Positions 1-13,217 are shown, numbered from the whole stretch's first letter. The stretch is DNA of 63,317 nt, filler included, from Phoronis australis (GCA_002633005.1; 7 parts of 7 records of this genome joined end to end with filler, not necessarily neighbours in it); one strand, 5' to 3'. Made by a program: numbers and translations. Notes: generated by a model not told the origin, from the letters alone.

Positions 1-534
1 CCAGCAATGAACCCAAGTCATTACCAATTATGGTGCAGGACAATCAAGAGTTGAGTAATTCCGATGGACAAATAACAGATTATTGTTGTTGTCGGAAATG
101 CCTCATCCCAAAGCTGACAGGTTTTCAAAGACTTTAAGTTACACAACTTGCAAAACAATGCACAATTGTTATTATAAACATCCCACAACTGGTAACAGAC
201 ATGCGGTGAATCCCTTCCCATGAACTCCTAGGAGGTTACAAATTTTGGTAAACAACCAATATGTTTAATTAATTATACATTAGTCACTAAAATTGCATAA
301 CATTGCTTTTAATTAGACTAATTATCTACAGCATCAGAAAATGTCACCAACACATTGATTACAGATGGCTTCTCTAACAGCCGATTTCTTTCGATTGTAA
401 TACCCCTCAAACCCAAACCAATCCTCTCTTTTATTTTGACGACGCCTACTCACATGACCCTTGCTCCAAACAACCACTTCCCTGGGTGTAAGTGCGGATC
501 ATGCAACAATCCCCGCCTGGTTTGGGGAGGAGAC

Positions 535-745
535 CCAGTGGCGATCGAGGTACAAAGGTTACTAATGGGGCGGGTAGGAAAGGGGCCTGCCATGCGGCCT
601 AGGTCGCATTCTTATATGACTTTGTCCCGCGCCTGCTGTGGTTTTTTGTGCCGGTGTATTGTAACCTGAAGCTCTGAATAAGGAGTGAAGATGAGTTTGA
701 ATGCCAGCGGTTTGACAGGTGTATGACCCAAGCTCCAGACGTGCT
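535..745 (-). mobile_element. DIRS/Ngaro-type (tyrosine-recombinase retrotransposon) RT N-terminal remnant, internally deleted
   Basis: A minus frame reads QHVWSLGHTPVKPLAFKLIF...DKVI*ECDLGRMAGPFPTRPISNLCTS. This matches the TPV...(K)E.xLGRxAGPF motif at the start of DIRS/Ngaro RT ORFs and contains an in-frame stop. Confidence 0.65.
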
Positions 746-929
746 GATGGTTTGAGTGCATGGTCGATACTAGAATTACATAACACTAGAATAACTTGGT
801 ACTATCCCAACATGAAAGGAGGTATTAGTGATGTAAGCTGATGGGATTTACAATGTCTTAGGCCTGATAATTTATTCGACTTCGTGAAGAATAATACTGC
901 AAAACCGTACCGTACACTTTTGAATATAT

Positions 930-1171
930 TGTTTGTTGAGGCGCTTTTCAAGTATTTCAGCTCAGGCCCTAAGCGCGTATGAATATGTATCTACGCTTAA
1001 CCTGTTCTAATTGTATCTCTGTTACATGTATTTAATTACCGCTTTATTACTTTATTGTATTATAATACTGTTTCATATTTTGTTGTTGAGGGCCCTCTTG
1101 GAAAGCAGTGCTGTCACTGAAGAGGCCACCCTCATTTTAGATATCACAATAAATAAAGAATAATAAATAAA
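930..1171 (+). mobile_element. 3' tail of an L2-clade LINE (or derived SINE)
   Basis: T-rich tract, then a stem-loop GAGGGCCCTCTT...AAGAGGCCACCCTC (1088-1133), then an AATAAA-repeat tail (1148-1171). Confidence 0.5.
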
Positions 1172-2849
1172 ACGCTTTTCGACTCATTTAGTTCATTCTG
1201 TTCTGTGTGTTTAAACGACATTTGAAAAGATTCGTGGCGATTGGTACCACATAATATTTCACATTTTGTTGTCTTGGCATAATTTTTAACCTATTTCAAC
1301 CGTGCTTAATTACGGTAGTGACTCAACATTATTTTCGTTCCGCAACGTGGTCGGGCATTTCCCACCATGACGATGTTCGAATAGACGGCTACTATGGAGA
1401 TGTTTAAGTGTTGCGCGAAAGTACAGGCAGTGGTCGAGCTGTCGGCAGATAGGCAGACTTAGTGATCAACGTGGTCCTCACGTCACACACGATTGCTATG
1501 TTGTGCGCTTCCCAGGCCGGCCGCTTGCGAGTATAGCTTCGCGCTCGATTGCCTCCATGGCAAGAGCAAGAAAGGCGTAAGCTTTTGTTATTTTATTTTT
1601 GTTAATTTCGTACATTGCTCGTTCATTTTGGTGCGATTATGTCTAAGCCAGTCACTCTAACAGTTGCCATAAGCCGGTAAGGTAGGGTTGCTTGCATCCG
1701 CAACCCGGGAGTCACTACACTCGGGCTATTAGTAAACCGTTTACATGTAACTGCGCTGAGTTTTCGAAAGCGTGTCACTGTAAAATTAGTGGGTACTTCT
1801 GCCCGTTTAGGCGTAAAAATTATCTCACTTTACCAGAAGTGTTTGACTTATTTTATGCTGTGCGACCCTTTGCATTTAAGATATTGGAACCGTATCATTT
1901 TGGATAAGTTCTGCACCTTTTACAGTAGGCTATTTACTTAACTGCTTTTGTTTATGTCCGTACTTAAAAGGGGTTTTAATCAGTATTACCTTTTTTTTCG
2001 TGTATATCCTGTCTTCACAATAACTTCAAAAGTGATGCTCTGACTCTGTTAATTACAAACCTCCCTTTTGCTCAAGAAGTCTGTCATATTTGTAAAAACG
2101 TTTTACTTTCAATAAAATATTTCAAAACTCGTGTCTTTCTATTGTGATTGAAAATCGCATGTCACACCAATTCGATTTTAAGCGATACATTTCAATCCAA
2201 GTTTGCCTGCCCATTAATGGTTCAACTGTTCAGGCTCTGCTTAATTTCGATATTAACTTTTACCTCCGGGTTAAATGTTGATGTCTTACCTTATGATTAT
2301 GAGGATGAAACATTTGAAATTTTGCCAACATGGTATCAACCTATGAGACACAAATGAACCAGACACAATGCTATCGCTGTTGTTCTGTTGACTAAACGGG
2401 CTTATTTTGAATATGATGCCATAAAAATTTGAGCTTTTAATTAATGATTTTTATCAAACTGTCGGATTTCATCTTAAAAGCAGCATAAAATAAAAAGGAC
2501 ATTTTTAATACTGATTTTAGATCTGTTCATGAATATTTATATGAAATGAAATTTGACCATGCTGATGGTACTTTATCTTTCCTGCACCATTATTTCTTTG
2601 CTAACATTTAGAGAAAAAATCTATAATCTTTCTATTTTCAGGAAACATGTCCATTTTCTGAGTACAATTCTGCAATTTTGCAGATAGTTTCCCTAACAGT
2701 ACTTGCTTCCTGATGACGTTATTCCCCAGAAACTATCACAACGTGTACCCATAATACCAGCAGTTGTGAATAACATCTAGCACGTCGGTTACCTCCTGAT
2801 GAATTAGATTCGGAATAACACAGGGTCACTAAACTTGGGCCAATAAAGT

Positions 2850-3095
2850 GTGCGCTAAACCAGCTGAAGTTCACCAGGGTTTGTTGCGATATTGGTGGGG
2901 GGTTGGGTTCCGGGAGCGGATTCGGCATTGGGTGGATGCTCCCTGGGAAGGCCCGGCCGGGAGTGCTGGGTGGCCCTATAACATGCATGCCCGGGTGGGA
3001 GCCACCGCATGTCCGGCAGGTATGTTTGTGTCTGCACTGCCATGTAGTGCAATTTCCCTTGTAGTCATAAGTGGCGTTTACACTACAAAAGTTGA
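2850..3095 (-). mobile_element. DIRS/Ngaro gag C-terminal zinc-knuckle remnant
   Basis: The 2719..3387 ORF contains YDYKGNCTTWQCRHKHTCRTCGGSHP, typical of DIRS/Ngaro gag ends. It lies on the same strand as, and upstream of, the RT remnant. Confidence 0.6.
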
Positions 3096-3201
3096 CCCGG
3101 ATCAGCTGACACGGAACAAGATGTTCCAGGGTGTAAACGGGACTGACACGGAGCAAATTGACACGGCGGTGACAACTTTTTGTCACCCGTTGTTGTGGTG
3201 G

Positions 3202-3309
3202 ACAGGATTGCACAACCCTACAGGATTGCACAACCCTACAGGATTGCACAGCCCTACAGGATTGCACAACCCTACAGGATTGCACAACCCTACAGGATTG
3301 CACAACCCT
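3202..3309. repeat. Minisatellite, 6 x 18 bp (ACAGGATTGCACAACCCT)
   Basis: Six tandem copies with one substitution in total; explains the repetitive ORFs on both strands. Confidence 0.95.
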
Positions 3310-4967
3310 GCCCATGTGACTCAAACTGAACCACAACACCACGTTCCTTACATTAGCTCTTTTTATCACTCCGGCTGGTCTGCTCAATCAGCTTGTCCTG
3401 AATCTGCTTTGCAGGTTGTTATAGCTCAGTTGTCTGTTTGGTGTACCCACTTGGTACGTTATATCATATTTGCCCATTTGGCAGTTTGTACCCATTAGGT
3501 ACTTGTTATTGAATTTGACGTTTTGCTCGACCCACTTGGTAGGCAATCGGCCAATAGTCATTTGTTATTATGTACCCATTTGGTACTATGCTAACCTGTG
3601 TTAGTTAATATCCGATACTCAATTACGCATTGGGTATCGTAAACATGTGTGTTTTCTCTTGTAATTAAGGAGCCCATCTGGTTTCTTCTGTGAAATAATT
3701 ATTTGTAGAGCTGTGACCCTGAATTTCCTAAATTAACATAAAATGTATATTATTTTTGTTGTCCTATTTGTCCCCAATAATTTGTTTATACATGTCAAGT
3801 TTTCCCATGAGGGTGGGTGGATGCAAATCGTCTTTCACAGTTGTTCTACCGTATTACTTCACCGTTAAGCCCATGGGGCTATATACGAGGTAATGTGCTC
3901 TACATAGACCCAAGCATTAATTCGCGTATAGACGCACCTGTTTCCTTTTTAAAGCTTTCTTGCCTTTCATGAACAAACTTTTATTGAAAATGTAACTTAC
4001 CTTCTAATAATAAATAGCGTTTTATAACACTGGTATCTTGAAAGCAGGCGTTTTGATTGTTTATATCTGAAATTTCTTAATAACTGAAATAAAGCGATGT
4101 CTAAAAGGGTCAAAACAAGAGTTTCGACACTGGGGACAGTGAGTGCAAATTTGCCGAGAATAAAACCTATACAAACACCTCTCCCTTTGCTGTCTTCCGC
4201 CAACATCTATTGAAATGTTCCAACACCCATATCCTTGTACGTTTTGTCCCTCGTGTCCAAACAACGAACTCATAATAATGTGTCTTCTTTAAACTCACTC
4301 CACCCCCACCGCTATCATCATCATCAAATCCAACATCATGTTCATCATCACCATCTTCATGGTCATCTCTATCTTCAGCCGGTACTTCCGAGTCGTTGTC
4401 GGCGTCTTTATTTATGGTACAAAATATCCGTCCCTTCATCGACTGCAAGATGTTGCATTGTGTTATGATCATGGGTTCAGATGCACCTATATACGAAGCC
4501 CTGGACCATGATCCCCCGTTCAGGTTACGTGAGAAATAAAAGTCAGCGTTTTATTTCTGTTGTGTTTTTGATCAAATTATCAGCGTCTGGAAACTGCATG
4601 CGAATCGGTTTGAATATCATGTACATGTACTGGCAAAGAGGCCCATCCGCAACCGACTAAAAAAATGCGTTAGAGCGTATTTTCATGCCAATCATGAGGG
4701 TTTGAGCCGTCAAAAATGAGGCTGTGACGTTCCCCATAAAATATGCAATACGACACAGTTAGGGGGAACTGCGCACGATTTCGCTCCTATGGGCGTTATT
4801 ATTTTTAACGCCCAATCACGGCTCAGAAAACATTTTATAATCCAGAAAAAGAAAAGAAAGAGTTCATTGGTTGAGTCTTTATTCCAACGTCTTCACTCAA
4901 CGTATTCTATTTAAAAGACTTCAGCGCAAGCATAAGGGAGTGACTTCACAACCTTTGGCAGTGTAAC

Positions 4968-7733
4968 ATGGATTTTAACTCCTGTTTTGCCGTTATTCTG
5001 GGATTGAGTTCCCTGGTTAGACCTTTTCAAGCATGCACAGCCAACACAGCTAGCGTTGCACGCTGGGGAAATCTTGATGTAGAGTCCTGTGGAATAAAAG
5101 AAATACTGGAAATGTTGTCTAGTGGTTTGAACTTTGCCCGTGTTAGGTCGGCAATGTTCAGAGACAATCAAATAGAATTCGTTCCAGGTGGAATTTTCGA
5201 TGGCCTAGTACAAGTAAGGACATTAGACTTAAGAGACAACCACATTCAGACAATCTCTGAAACAGCGTTCACGAAATTAGAAAATCTGGAAGAAATTTAC
5301 CTTGGAAACAACAACATGTCCGTGGTGCCTGATGGAGTTTTTACTCGTTTGAAGCATCTGGAGAAATTGGAATTAAAGTTTAATAGAATTCAGACGATTT
5401 CTGAAAACGCATTCTCAGAAATGTCAAAACTTAATAAGTTGGACTTGCGATCCAATTTAATTTCTTCATTTCCCGCCTCTTGTCTTCCGACAGTGTCCAC
5501 GCCATTTACGCTGTTGTTGACGGATAATATCTTTACAAGCGTAAACAACACCGCTCTCAGTAGAGGAAGCCACGTTCGTCAAGTGTTCTTAGAGCGCAAC
5601 AAGCTGTCGTCCTTGAAGCCAAACTTTTTAGAAGGTCTGGAGAACGCCGAGGAAATCAATTTGGATTCTAATCAAATAGACGGACTGGTGGACTCGCCGT
5701 TCAGAAACCTTGGTGCCTTGCAGTCTCTCAATCTCCGTCATAACAAAATATCAACAGTTAATGCGTCATCTTTCCGAGGACTGTCCCAACTCTTATGGCT
5801 GGACCTCAGTGGTAACTATATCGAACGAGTTGAACGGACATTGTTTGAACACCTCCCGTTACTAGAAAGGGTTAACATTAGAGCCAATAGACTGAAAACG
5901 GTTGAAAAAGGCGCGATGGATGGTCTCCGTTTTCTGTATCACTTCTACCTATCTCAAAATGAAATTGGTCTGATTGAACAAGACTGGATAGAAAATCCTG
6001 TTTTGTATTATCTAGATTTATCCCACAATGCGTTGAAAATTGTAACAAACGAAACTCTCTACGGTTTATTTAAGGTAGAATACCTCGATCTGTCCGACAA
6101 CAAAATTGTAGCGTTTAGTAACTATGCGTTTGCCACTTTATTACAACTCAAAAGGTTGTTCCTGAGTGGCAATGTTATTAGAAGCGCATCAGATTCTGCT
6201 TTACTTTTTAAGCCCATGCAATCGTTATCGTACATTTCTTTAAAAGTCAATGAATTGACGGAAATAAGACATGACATCTTCAAGTACTGCAAGTTGACTT
6301 ATTTCAAACTCCACGTACATTCACTGTCGCAACTTCCGGCGGTGGTCGGTGAGACCGTAATCATTAGATTTAAATTGCCTGGTGCTGTACAACATGGCAT
6401 ACGTACAGACGAATTATGGCTAGACAATTGGGGAACTGAACCTTTCATCCTATCATTGTCAATTATTCACCAGGTGCAGGCTGAACGAATAAGTATTCGA
6501 GGCAGCAAAATATCTCATATTGAAGATAAGGTGTTTGCACATATGGAAACTATGATGGTAACTTCGTTAACTTTAGATCTTAACGAAATCACGCGATTGA
6601 CAAATAATACTTTTGTCGGTCTACCCTATCTTTCGAACTTGAATTTAGAAGGTAATCAGATTGCGGACATACAAAAAGGAACGTTTCACTTACTGCCACG
6701 TTTAGATGAATTGTCACTTGGAAGTAATAGATTAAACTACTTACACTTTGGTTTGTTCAGCAATTTAAAAGTGTTAAACATTATTGATTTGTCAAGTAAC
6801 GAAATAGTGAAAATTGAAGAAAACTGTTTCCAAGATCTTGCTATGTTGTGGAAAATGGATCTTAGCAATAACCATCTTAAAAATATTACTCGATACACAT
6901 TCAACGGCTCTCTTCAAAATTTAGTGTTTCTGTCGCTAAGTCAAAATGAAATTACCTCAATAGACGAGAGCGCGTTTGCTAATCTAATGGGCGTGGTCAA
7001 CCTAAATCTGAGCCACAACAACATCGATCACGTGCCAGGGAAATTATTTGAGTCGTTAATCCATCTTCGCTCTTTAGCTTTGGATAACAACTTGATAAAA
7101 GGAATCGGAAATATTGTTCTACCAAACCTCTCAAATATGTACACTTTGGACATGTCATACAACCAAATTCAAGTGTTGCCCAAGATCGTCATTGACCACG
7201 CTATAACACGTAGGCGTTTTAAGATTAAAATTTATCAGAATCCTTTACATTGCAACTGTTTATTGAAAGATTTTCAAGATTTCATCGCGACATACCCATA
7301 TAACGATCTGCGTCAACTCAGTATACCATCTTGTCACACGCCATTTTTCTCGAGTCCGCATTATAAGGAGTTTGTTAATCTCAATCTGACATGCGCAAAG
7401 CCCTCAATTCCAGAAATCAGTTTTGGAGTAGTAAATGGCAACTTAGCAGTGTTTTGCTCGTCTGATGGAGATCCCGCACCGACTATCACAATTGTCTCCC
7501 CTGCTGGCGACACTCATGAATTCACAACTCTACCCTCCGAATTACGCGTTGAAGGGAGTGTAAATTTGACACCCCTTGACATCATCCACAGATCTAAAGG
7601 TGTACTGTGTAATGCTACGAACGAGGTTGGAACCTGGGAAAGTGTAGCAGCAGTTCCAAATCTAAGCAGTTCATTGAGATTCGCACGAATCCTATTGTTT
7701 GCGCATGCCTTTTGGGTTTACCTCGTCTTTTAG
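4968..7733 (+). CDS. Intronless leucine-rich-repeat + Ig-like extracellular protein (921 aa), possibly GPI-anchored
   Basis: N-terminal signal peptide, about 25 LxxLxLxxNxI repeats interrupted by a non-LRR island, an LRRCT (NPLHCNC...C...C), an Ig-like C...C domain (CSSDGDPAP...CNATNEVG), and a hydrophobic tail ending at the stop. Confidence 0.92.
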   Translation: MDFNSCFAVILGLSSLVRPFQACTANTASVARWGNLDVESCGIKEILEMLSSGLNFARVRSAMFRDNQIEFVPGGIFDGLVQVRTLDLRDNHIQTISETAFTKLENLEEIYLGNNNMSVVPDGVFTRLKHLEKLELKFNRIQTISENAFSEMSKLNKLDLRSNLISSFPASCLPTVSTPFTLLLTDNIFTSVNNTALSRGSHVRQVFLERNKLSSLKPNFLEGLENAEEINLDSNQIDGLVDSPFRNLGALQSLNLRHNKISTVNASSFRGLSQLLWLDLSGNYIERVERTLFEHLPLLERVNIRANRLKTVEKGAMDGLRFLYHFYLSQNEIGLIEQDWIENPVLYYLDLSHNALKIVTNETLYGLFKVEYLDLSDNKIVAFSNYAFATLLQLKRLFLSGNVIRSASDSALLFKPMQSLSYISLKVNELTEIRHDIFKYCKLTYFKLHVHSLSQLPAVVGETVIIRFKLPGAVQHGIRTDELWLDNWGTEPFILSLSIIHQVQAERISIRGSKISHIEDKVFAHMETMMVTSLTLDLNEITRLTNNTFVGLPYLSNLNLEGNQIADIQKGTFHLLPRLDELSLGSNRLNYLHFGLFSNLKVLNIIDLSSNEIVKIEENCFQDLAMLWKMDLSNNHLKNITRYTFNGSLQNLVFLSLSQNEITSIDESAFANLMGVVNLNLSHNNIDHVPGKLFESLIHLRSLALDNNLIKGIGNIVLPNLSNMYTLDMSYNQIQVLPKIVIDHAITRRRFKIKIYQNPLHCNCLLKDFQDFIATYPYNDLRQLSIPSCHTPFFSSPHYKEFVNLNLTCAKPSIPEISFGVVNGNLAVFCSSDGDPAPTITIVSPAGDTHEFTTLPSELRVEGSVNLTPLDIIHRSKGVLCNATNEVGTWESVAAVPNLSSSLRFARILLFAHAFWVYLVF

Positions 7734-8689
7734 CCTTATTTTCCCTCACGTGATCTCAAAATACAAAGCCTATCCATGCTAAGGTTAAATAGGGCCTTAC
7801 TGAAAAGACTCCATTGATCTAAATTAGTACAAAACTATAGAATTAAATTCAGCAAAAGTATATATTTTATGAAAGCAGAAATTGCGTAGAATTTAACCAA
7901 ATTTCATACGATACAACCCTTCTAAATATCTCCATACACTGTTTTCGTTTCGTTTTCGTTTTATACAACTTGAGATTTTTTCCACAAAAAAACGAGTTGT
8001 TATTTTGATAGCTTCCTCCAAAAGTTAGACATTTTAGTAAATGCAACTTGAAAAGTGAATAAATTATATTATCGCATTTTGCTAGGATCTAACAGAACCT
8101 AAGACTTCATATAGTGAACGTATAACAGTGTGTATTCGTGCTCTCACCCAGGGGGAGTGGGTTCTCGGGGGGGGCTCCAATGAGGCCCCCATTTGGCAAA
8201 GTCATGGACAACAAAACTATCCGCCTCGTAGAAACAAAAACTCAGAGAAAAGGTTGAAAACGAGACAAAAACCTACTAAAAAGACTGGAACCACCAAAAA
8301 TCGGCGAATGCACAATTCATAGCTCTGAATGTACCCCCTGAATCTTAGTTAAATGTTCACATTTTCAAAAATTCGGGGCCGAATTATTTTAGGCTAGGTG
8401 CGTATTATGTCATTGCTTTCCTAGAATCACGAGTGTGTCGGTTTGGAAAAGAATCAAAACTGATTCCATGGCCTCATTTATTCCAGAAACTCAGAGGATT
8501 CCCAGGCTTGATATTTGTAGTGCACATATATAGAGGATGTAACGCTATTGGCCTCGTGTAGCGTACATCTACTGTCGCGGATACCGACCTATGTTTATCC
8601 CAGACGCTTTGAAGAAATTCAGTGTAATGCCGCCATATGGTAAAGGCATTCACTATTGCACTCCCGGGACTACTTTAACTCTGAATTGA

Positions 8690-9325
8690 AAAATGTCAAT
8701 GGCAGGTCAACGTCGACTTGGCGTCGTCAGCCAGCTTGGTCATCAAAATTTCCGAAAATAGTTTACAGTAATATAGTTGCAGCAGTCTAAATAACCCTCA
8801 GCATGCAATCAGGTCCCAAACATAACATTTGGTACAAAATGGTTAATTAAATAACACTTCTGTATATCATATCGTCAACACGAGCCCAGTCGCCGATTCC
8901 TCTATAACTAAAATGTTAAATATTGTTGCTATTTAATTATTTTCAGAAAATGCTACAAGTTTATTTCACAATTAATGTTGTTCCATCTTTGTTGTTTCTT
9001 CTCAAGTAATAAATTGTTACATTTAAAACTGTTTCTTTTACTAAAGAAAACTTGTAACATAGGGCGCACGTACATACATATAGGTGGTGATCCGCCACGT
9101 GAACGGTTTGGGTTAATTAGTTAAAAGGTGCGGAGAATATGAACATAATTAAGAATTTGAAGCTTATGAGATAACTAAAAAACGTACCTCGATTGGCGTA
9201 GACCAAATAATATTCCACGAGACATTATTTCGCGTATCTACCGAAACCGGAGATTAAGGTCGATACGCGGAATTATGTCTCGTGGGATATTACTTCATAT
9301 ACGCCACTCTCGGAACGTCTTGTGT
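8690..9325. repeat. Interspersed repeat (copy 1) ending in an imperfect hairpin at 9181-9322
   Basis: 8690-8835 aligns by eye with 18645-18785, and 9258-9322 aligns with 18810-18875. 9181-9245 is an inverted copy of 9258-9322. Confidence 0.7.
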
Positions 9326-11085
9326 GTCTGTACGGGCTCTTCCCCTGTATAAGGACTGGCTCTACTTTCTCGTATTTCACTGTACATAGCATGACGTATA
9401 TAATACCAGTATTTTCATATAAACACCTCGAAAAACGTTCTGTCCCCTTCACAAAATTTGTGATATTTTCTTCAACTTACTACCAATAGGCATAGATTTT
9501 AAATCATTATTTTCTGTATTGAATGTTGGGAAATGTCCCGGTACGTGCAGCACGGAAACGCAGCAGTTTCGGTCCCGACAGCGACTTGTGATACGCGGTT
9601 GACCGTTTCGGTTTTTGTCGTTGAAATCACCGTCCCGTCTGTCGATATCTGGCTAGCAGTCTGGATACTGACTTTCGGTGAACAGGAAAATGTCTGGCAA
9701 CAGCATTCAAGGTGCACCCTGATTCCACCAAACCAATTGCACGTGCTCTTTCCAAAATTGTCAACTTTGCCACCACAGTGTTGTCAAGCAAGAGACTTCA
9801 TTCAAACGAACACCTAAGGCTGACACAGCAATGTGCTTAACCAATAGTGCTCAGGGCCCACGGTAAACAATAATCCCCTCTGTTGGTATTCATTGATCAA
9901 GACAACAATTAAGCAACCAGCCATTATGAGCTTAGGTAAGGAGTGAGGGCAATCTTGAGGATTTTGAAATTGACTTCTGTGGCTTTTCTGAATACCTTGT
10001 ACAACGCAGTGAGTTTCATGAATAATAAAATATTTCCCAACATTCAATGTGGAAATAAATGAGCTTTGAAATGACGTATAATTTACGCGCATTGATGGTG
10101 ATTTGAAGAATATACCATACATTTTCTGAAGAGGACAGAACCTCTTTTGAGAGGATTATATATGGGATAATAAATCAATAATATCTTCATCGCTGGCAAG
10201 AGCATGCTCACAAATTAGTTCACGTTGGCCGCGCACGCACTGCCAAAGAATGCCTTGGAAATCGACGACATTTCGTGAGTCGGATCAACACATAGTTTCT
10301 CAAAGCACGTCTCAAATCGAGATTAAAAGCTTTTAAAACTTTATATAGGAAGTAAGTTGTGAACATCCATCACCAGGGATCTCTGTTTCTGAAAAGTGAC
10401 AACAATTTGGTCTAACGCTTTCACTTCACCATTGTTGAAAATCGTGTAGTCAAGTAATTATGAGCGTACGACAGTCTACGAATAATTCGTAAAAATTATC
10501 CAAGTAAATATTAGGTAATATGCTTATAATTTCACAGACTTTACTCGTTTGCTCAAGGCAAATTTATCGCAATCTACATGAAATGGTGTTACGTGTACAA
10601 ACATAGGGGAGAAACGCGCATGACCAGCTTTGGAATATTGGCTAGAAACCTATCTTTCGAGATTTTTGTACTTGCAAGCGTAGATAGAATCTGAATTTCA
10701 GTTAGCAGAGAGTGTCTGATGGAAGTGTGGATGGGTGTCAGATCAAAATCGACTACTCATCGATGTTCGTGGTGAACAGTAGATTCGATGAAAGTGTAGA
10801 TAATCAAAAGATAAGTTTAGGGTAACGGAAATCGCTCAATAGAATATCAAAAGAGGGACAATATCTCCAAACGTAAAAAATGTGGGAACATCACTCAAAA
10901 AACTTGGGACACACACAATGTCCCACGCCATAGTAAATCCAAACTTGATGTAAATTTTCATGACGTACAAGGGCTGAGATACAATTTTAGAATAGTGATC
11001 AGTCTCTTAACTTTCAATAACAATTTGGTCAGATTTCCTAAGCAGTATTTGACACCATACTATTTTCAATGCAATATGCAATATA

Positions 11086-12583
11086 TCAGGTGCCCAAAGA
11101 AGTGAGCCACACTTTGACAAGTATATTTTCAGAAAATCACTAACCAAATTCCTTCAAAATTTAAGTAATGCCTCTTCTGGTTGTCATCAATAAGTCTACA
11201 AAGTGTCTCAGAGAAATAATTAAAACATTTTGGAAATACCCTGAAATTCAAAAAAGCGGAGTAAAAAAATGCAATATCTTTCATCATGTTCATGCTGCGC
11301 TGGCGTCTGTTAGTCAAAAATTGCCTGCCAGGGTCTCAAGCCTACTGTTTCTTTATTGTCAGATCTGTACCAAAATTAGTTCTGTCCAATATTTCGATTT
11401 GTAAGGACGAGTTTGAGTGGAAGTCATCAATTTACAATTGAAACCTGTTTCAAGGAGAACGGGCGAAGAGGAAGAAGATAGGTAAGGCAGTTCCCCATGA
11501 AAAGCGACTGTAAATAAACTGTATGCTTAAGTACGCAAGACAGGACCTGTTGCACGTAAAAGTGACAGTTGGAGAGTCAAGGTAACGTTTTCGAAAGAAA
11601 ACGAGGATCATGTTGAGGAAACGATTCAATCCCAGGTGGACAGCTCCAGGAATCACAAATCTCTAAGCGAAGTCGCAAGGGATTTACAAGTGAGCAAGTC
11701 TGATGTGCAAAGAATGGCGAAGAATGCGAGTATTAAGGAGAGATCAAAACGTTAGAAGGAAAAGAAGAACTCGATGTCGCTACTTTCATGACCGCTTTTC
11801 AGCCACTGATGCGAAAAAAAAACCTTTTTCACTGACGAAAAAGACTTTACGCTAGAAATCGATAAGCATTACCAAAACGATCGTGTTTATGGGAGACACA
11901 AACGAGAAACTCAGCCTTCTCCACTCTTTCTTGAGACTTCCAGGTTTTTTTAAAAAGTAGTGGTTTCCGCGGGATTACCTTGGAAAGGAAAAACAAATAC
12001 TCATTTGATTGACACTGATAGTGCCAAAGTTAACAATAAATGCTACATGCAGTTATTGCATGAAAATCTTCTCCCAGATTACAGGAAACAATTACGTGAT
12101 TCAGCCAGGTGGGGCTCCTTCACACACTAACAAGATAACCCAGGCTCATTTGGAGGAGGCCACAACACCTGACTGCAATCCAAATAACTATGCCCTATGG
12201 GACTCACTGAAAGACAACGTTTACCGGGTGATGAGAGGCAAATTGGCTGAGCATGAGTGAAAAGAAGGATAATTATGTCATGGGAGGAAATCTCAATGGA
12301 AGAAATACGGAAAAGCATTTCTGGTTGAAAGAAGTAGAACCCTGTAGTCGTGGAGGAAGATGGTGGCCATCTTGAGCTTAGCCTAAAATATGCGAGCTTC
12401 CCTTTGATATTTTGTTTTTTGACCTAATGTTTCTAGGTTTGACAGTTCTCGCACAATTGGACACAGATTTCTTTGATATTTTGTACGTTTGTTGATGATA
12501 GCCAAAGGTTAATCTTTAAGAAATTTATCCTTTGCTGTGAAATTACGTTTCAAAAAGTGGCTCAATTTTTGGGGGACACCTGA
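11086..12583 (+). mobile_element. Degenerate Tc1/mariner (maT/DD37D-like) DNA transposon
   Basis: TA-flanked imperfect TIRs TCAGGTGCCCAAAGAAGTGAGCCAC / GTGGCTCAATTTTTGGGGGACACCTGA. Frameshifted transposase motifs FFTDEKDFTLE..QNDRVYG, KKVVVSAG, IQPGGAPSHT, PDCNPNNYALWDSLK. Confidence 0.85.
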
Positions 12584-13217
12584 TATACATTATCACTGCA
12601 GCGGGGTTAACTAGGACCAACCTGGCATAGACCACATTACACCACAAGTGCACATGCGCAATGTGGGCCTTTTTTCTTAGCTGTGTAGCCTCGCTAGCCG
12701 TATGAAGTTGCTGTTTAGGTTTGATCATTTGTGTTTGATTTCTTTGTAAAGAATAAATGGAGTTTTTTTGGGAATTATTAACTTGTTACGTATAAGCTCG
12801 CTATTTTTTGTTAGGAAAAGAGCTACTTTTAAGACAGTGTTTAGCAAAAACGTCACATTCTGTCGCTGTGGCATCGTAATTTTGCGACAAACAATAAAAT
12901 TGTGGGTAATAATAGGAGAACTGCGTAAGAGAACGAGACGGGATCGGCCGAGTCACTGTAGCCAGAGCGTAAATGAAAAATGACAAAGATTTTCGCACTG
13001 GTCATACTCCCGGTGCGAATGATTTCTTTGGGTATGTGAAATTACTGCCGGTCTTACTGAAAATTACTACCGAGATTTGTTTTCCAAGTAAAATGGAATT
13101 TCCTGTTGAACATTTTCATGGAAAACTGCGCTGTTTATGCATTTAGCCCGCGTACCACCAGGGGAGGTAAGTCAGAGTCGGCTACCACAACACCACCATG
13201 GGGAACTAACGTTTGAC

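Noticed and set aside
3202-3309. CRISPR-like array
   Set aside because: Contiguous tandem units with no spacers, in a eukaryotic context.
2719-3498. Overlapping 222-aa and 216-aa ORFs with VVQSCR / TGLHNP repeats
   Set aside because: Produced by an 18-bp stop-free minisatellite next to a retroelement relic; no gene-like structure.
4167-4472. Acidic (minus) / His-rich (plus) short ORFs
   Set aside because: Degenerate CAT/GAT triplet low complexity; no domain or convincing splice sites.
9500-10300. Possible hAT (ZNF862-like) transposase remnant on the minus strand
   Set aside because: Only vague resemblance (WQCVRGQRELICEHAL), many stops, no TIRs found.
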